Below are positions 1 through 64,000 of a DNA stretch of 64,000 nucleotides, in pieces. Under the pieces are notes generated by a model. That model was not told where the DNA came from. It saw only the letters and a program-made list of their open reading frames with translations, and did no database searches. The stretch is taken from contig JAQGDQ010000252.1 of assembly GCA_030141605.1 (NCBI GenBank), forward strand, positions 124,001 to 188,000, in the 5' to 3' direction. Numbering within the stretch: the stretch's first letter is position 1; each line of letters begins with the position of its first letter. The translations under genes and the position numbers were made by a program. The stretch comes from Tubiluchus corallicola (taxonomy: Eukaryota; Animalia; Priapulida).

Positions 1-32
1 TATTCAAAGGAGTGTTTTCTATATGATTTCAG

Positions 33-60375
<60,343 letters not shown>

Positions 60376-60777
60376 GTATGTCTTGTTAAGAAAAAACATG
60401 CAACTCCATAATGCTTTAAATGAATACAGTGTTATTGGTAACTTAACAGCTTTGCTGGATTTCAACCGAATAAGTTCCTAGCCTACCCAGTGGGTACATG
60501 TGGTAGTATTTTATTTGTGAGATGCTTTGTGTTTTGATTATAGTTCATTGTAGGTTGGTCAGCAACTAAACGGGATTTAGACGTTGAATTTGGGTCAGAT
60601 TCTGATGGTTGTGTAGCAGACAGATATTCTGATTTAAAATAATTAAGTTCTTTCCAGTTTTGCCTAGTGTTATTTTCGCTACTTTTTACATAAACTTTCG
60701 GTAGCCCCTCCTCCCACAAAAAGCAAAATCAATTCTTTTTTATGCACATTTAAGAGATGCCAGTTATTTTAGATCAT

Positions 60778-61516
60778 TTACCGTGGAATATTCTGTGCAT
60801 AATGAACAGAAAATAATGTAGTGAGGGGGAACAAAACTAGAAACGTGACATGTTTATTACATGAGTTTTTCGTGATATATTTAGACTTATATCTTTGATC
60901 GTTTTTGATCAGATTTACTAAAATAGAATTATTACAGTATACAATTCTGGAGAGTAAACTACAATAAAATGTGCTGTGAATGTGAGAAAGATATAGTAAA
61001 GGGGTTTCCATTATTTGATGGATGTAGTTTTTGGATGCGATGGACATAAGTTAAGCACTTGTTTGTAGCAAAACTGATGGACCTATGTAATCTTAGACGT
61101 AATGGACGTAACTTCGAGCATCGATTCATTCCATTGAAGACCTATTTGATGTACGTGATTTACATCAATTTATTATGCCTGTTCGAATGCAATGGACGTC
61201 CATTTGGCATGTTTATTTATGTATTTGAACGCGATGGATGTAATTTTGAGTGCCCATTTACTAAATAATCTAATCTAAATAATTAAATTGATGACATAAT
61301 TCTTGATATGGTGGGTATAATGTTGAGTGTCAGCTGTACATTAGTTTAAACTTGATCGACTCTATATCAAATTTGATTAGTTTTTGCCTCTTGATTTTTA
61401 TTTTAGCTATGCTCATCACGTCCATTAAATTAGTGAATAGACATGCAGCTTATGTCCATCGGTCGCATCCATATTACGTTCATCACGTCCATTCATTTAG
61501 AATATGCCATAGTAAA
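60778..61516. mobile_element. Foldback/MITE-like element with terminal and internal inverted repeats
   Basis: Ends tttaccgtggaatattct / agaatatgccatagtaaa; internal ggatgcgatggacataag / cttatgtccatcggtcgcatcc; repeated atggacgt motif. Confidence 0.55.
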
Positions 61517-62399
61517 GACAAAGTCAATACACATCTTGGAAGGAATTAGAGCGGTCAGCTTGAAATGGAACAACTTTGTAATGCCATATACTTAACAATA
61601 ACAACTTTATTGCTGAGTTTACCCGTAACAGACCTATCAAAATTTATACGCAAAGAAACAAATGTCGCCACATCGTGCTTGACCTTCCTTTATATGAACA
61701 ATTACTATAGTATGTCTAACCAAGCATCAAGCTGTCAACATCCACATAAAAAAGTTGCGTTTAAATTGTTAATTAGGGTGGTTCGGGGAAACTTTTTTCA
61801 AATAGCGATCAGTATAAAATAAAATAAAAGTCAACAATTAACTGGTATCACTCATGGATTTAAAAGACTTGACTGGACTAAGAAACTGTTTTATTTTTAT
61901 TTAATATGACTATTGGTAACACATTCTGTGATAAAAATTTTGTGAGAATGCTAATGATAGCCATTTTTACGTTCTTTATTTAAAAGTCATTGCAATAATA
62001 GAATTCAGGTAATACTGGAGTAATTATTTTTAAATTATAGGTAGACCTACTGTAGATGTTTTTCAATCATTTTTTACATCTGATTCTGTATTAACTTTAG
62101 CCACACTGGAAGAGAAGACAAGTTTAAAAATTGATCACTCTAGATCAATGGCTGATGTAAAATCAAGGAATAAAAAATGAAAAATACATCAAACATATAG
62201 AATTACACGGGTATTTAACAAATGTGCTTCGAATAAGAAATTGCCAAATTTTTATTCAATTTTATCATTGGAACTTTTTACAGCTTTTACTTCCTGATCA
62301 AAATTTAACAAAACTGCACAACTGATGACTGTGGTGTTATTTAATTGATCTATTTTTTATTTAAAACAAATTATATTATTTATTTTATTCACAGTGAAT

Positions 62400-62890
62400 T
62401 TTATAATTTTTCTTTGAATTAAATTCAGGCATCAACTGTCTTGAAGAAATTCTAGCTCATATACAGTTATCCGTTATCCCTTCCTTCTGTCTCCAGTAAC
62501 TTGCTGGCATGATTCTGAGACTAGTCTCACACCCCTCTCTCTCTCTCTACTGATTATGTATGGGTTGGTATTTTTGATGTAACTTCCAGATCTGCTGACA
62601 TTGCTGCTGGTGATAAACCGTTTTGCCTGTGTGTACACCAAAAACCCTACAGAATCTCGATGTCAACTGCTCGCAGAATAGGATCATAAAACTTGTCAGT
62701 CCAATCAATCATGCCAATATAAGTTTTAGCTTGGAGATTTATCATAGGCAGTTTGAATTTTCTAACTTCACGACCAGTGTAGTTCATTCGAGCCTTAATA
62801 ATAGGTCTGCTTGCCAGCTCTTGTATTTCAGGGGATTCTTCATCAAAGATCACTGCCAACAAAATTTTCTCTCCATGCGCAGAATATGGA
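62400..62890 (-). pseudogene. Degenerate DNA transposase C-terminus (hAT-related, probably hATm-type)
   Basis: Minus strand: YSAHGEKILLAVIFDEESPEIQELASRPIIKAR...KLPMINLQAKTYIGMIDW...IPTHT*SVER..VRLVSESCQQVTG...I*ARISSRQLMPEFNSK, with stops and a (GA)n expansion. Confidence 0.75.
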
Positions 62891-64000
62891 GTTTTGTGAT
62901 CCTTAATTTATTTATTTAATTAATTTATAACAAAATTAATTTATTTTGATTTTATATGCCACTTTTCTGTAATTATGTATATAGAGTAATAACTGTTAAT
63001 AAAACACAGAGGATGGTGTAATTTACAAAAATTCCCAGAACAAACATAAAAGTCGAAGGTTTCAGTCACCACTGTGATCTATCTTCAAACGAAAAAAGAA
63101 AAACAGCACAAATTGTCACTAAAATCTAATTTATATTTCAGTTATTTGCTAAAACCACATTATAAAGAACACAATTGCAATAAAAAAACACAGAGTCTAC
63201 AGAAATAGAAAAGCCCGAGAGAAGAAAACACAAAAAACGCTAGTCACAACATGGTCGCACCGTTATGACATGCACTAATCACAAAATACAGTAGTAAAAA
63301 GCACAAAATAGCATAGTAGTAGCGCTTAGTTAAGAACACAGGCGAGTATATAATTCCTTTCAGTTTAATCCACCACAAAAGATTTGCGTACACTTTCCTA
63401 TAAATAATGGAGAACTTTCAGCTGGGCGCTAAGTGTGCTGTATTTTTAACTTAGTTTTCAGATGGTCAGAGTGCTGACTTTAACCTTGGAGTTGTGTAGC
63501 AAATCCTAAATTCCAGATTGGTCAGGATCTGACGAAAACCCAACAGTTGTCATATGATCAGAATCTAACAAAAATCCAATGTTTGTGAAAGGGTTGTATG
63601 GTGCTCGCATTTTGGTCAGAATCGGAATGGCCAAACGTCATGAAAACTTTCATTTCTCACGAAAATTGAATAGTGCCTTGTGCATAGTGGGTATTATGTA
63701 TTGACATGCACTTTTTTAACATTTCAAAATTGAGCCAGTTAAGGGTAAAAAGCGGCTCACAGCTCGATTCATGTCCATTAAAACAGTGATACTTAACAGT
63801 CAGCACAAAATCAATTTGTAGAACCAGATTATTGAAGACACGTAAATTTTGCCGATCAATCGTTACTCTTTGTATATACCAAATACTGTGGCAATGCAGT
63901 ATAATGTTTGATTTTCGTATGTATAAACTGTGAAGCTGTCATTGGTTTTGTCCCACAGGCTTCTACTAACCACTTGCAAACCTTGTCCAAGCTTTTGACC

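Noticed and set aside
63959-64000. Acceptor-like cccacag|g as the next dynein exon
   Set aside because: In the required phase it reads GFY-stop and lacks the expected GGASLD motif.

Overview
AT-rich eukaryotic (invertebrate-like animal) genomic DNA. Most of the window is the interior of one + strand axonemal outer-arm dynein heavy chain gene (DNAH5/DNAH8 class). I traced 61 frame-compatible exons by eye from 33 to 60375 (about 10.4 kb CDS, about 3480 aa: tail, linker, AAA1-AAA4, stalk/MTBD, AAA5). The gene is truncated at both window edges, and one intron uses a GC donor. The largest complete intron (29637-33888, inside AAA2) holds an intact antisense class-A GPCR of histamine H3/H4-like aminergic type. 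It keeps the amine-binding residues (D3.32, E5.46, W7.40, Y7.43) but has lost both sodium-pocket residues (D2.50G, N7.49I). Other introns carry transposon relics (RTE LINE reverse transcriptase, Tc1/mariner and hAT-like transposase fragments, a hAT MITE with TSD, two copies of a TA-flanked MITE), a foldback element, mini/microsatellites, and three tandem duplications at splice junctions. Family assignments come from motif recognition, not database searches. Exon numbers w1-w61 are window-relative.
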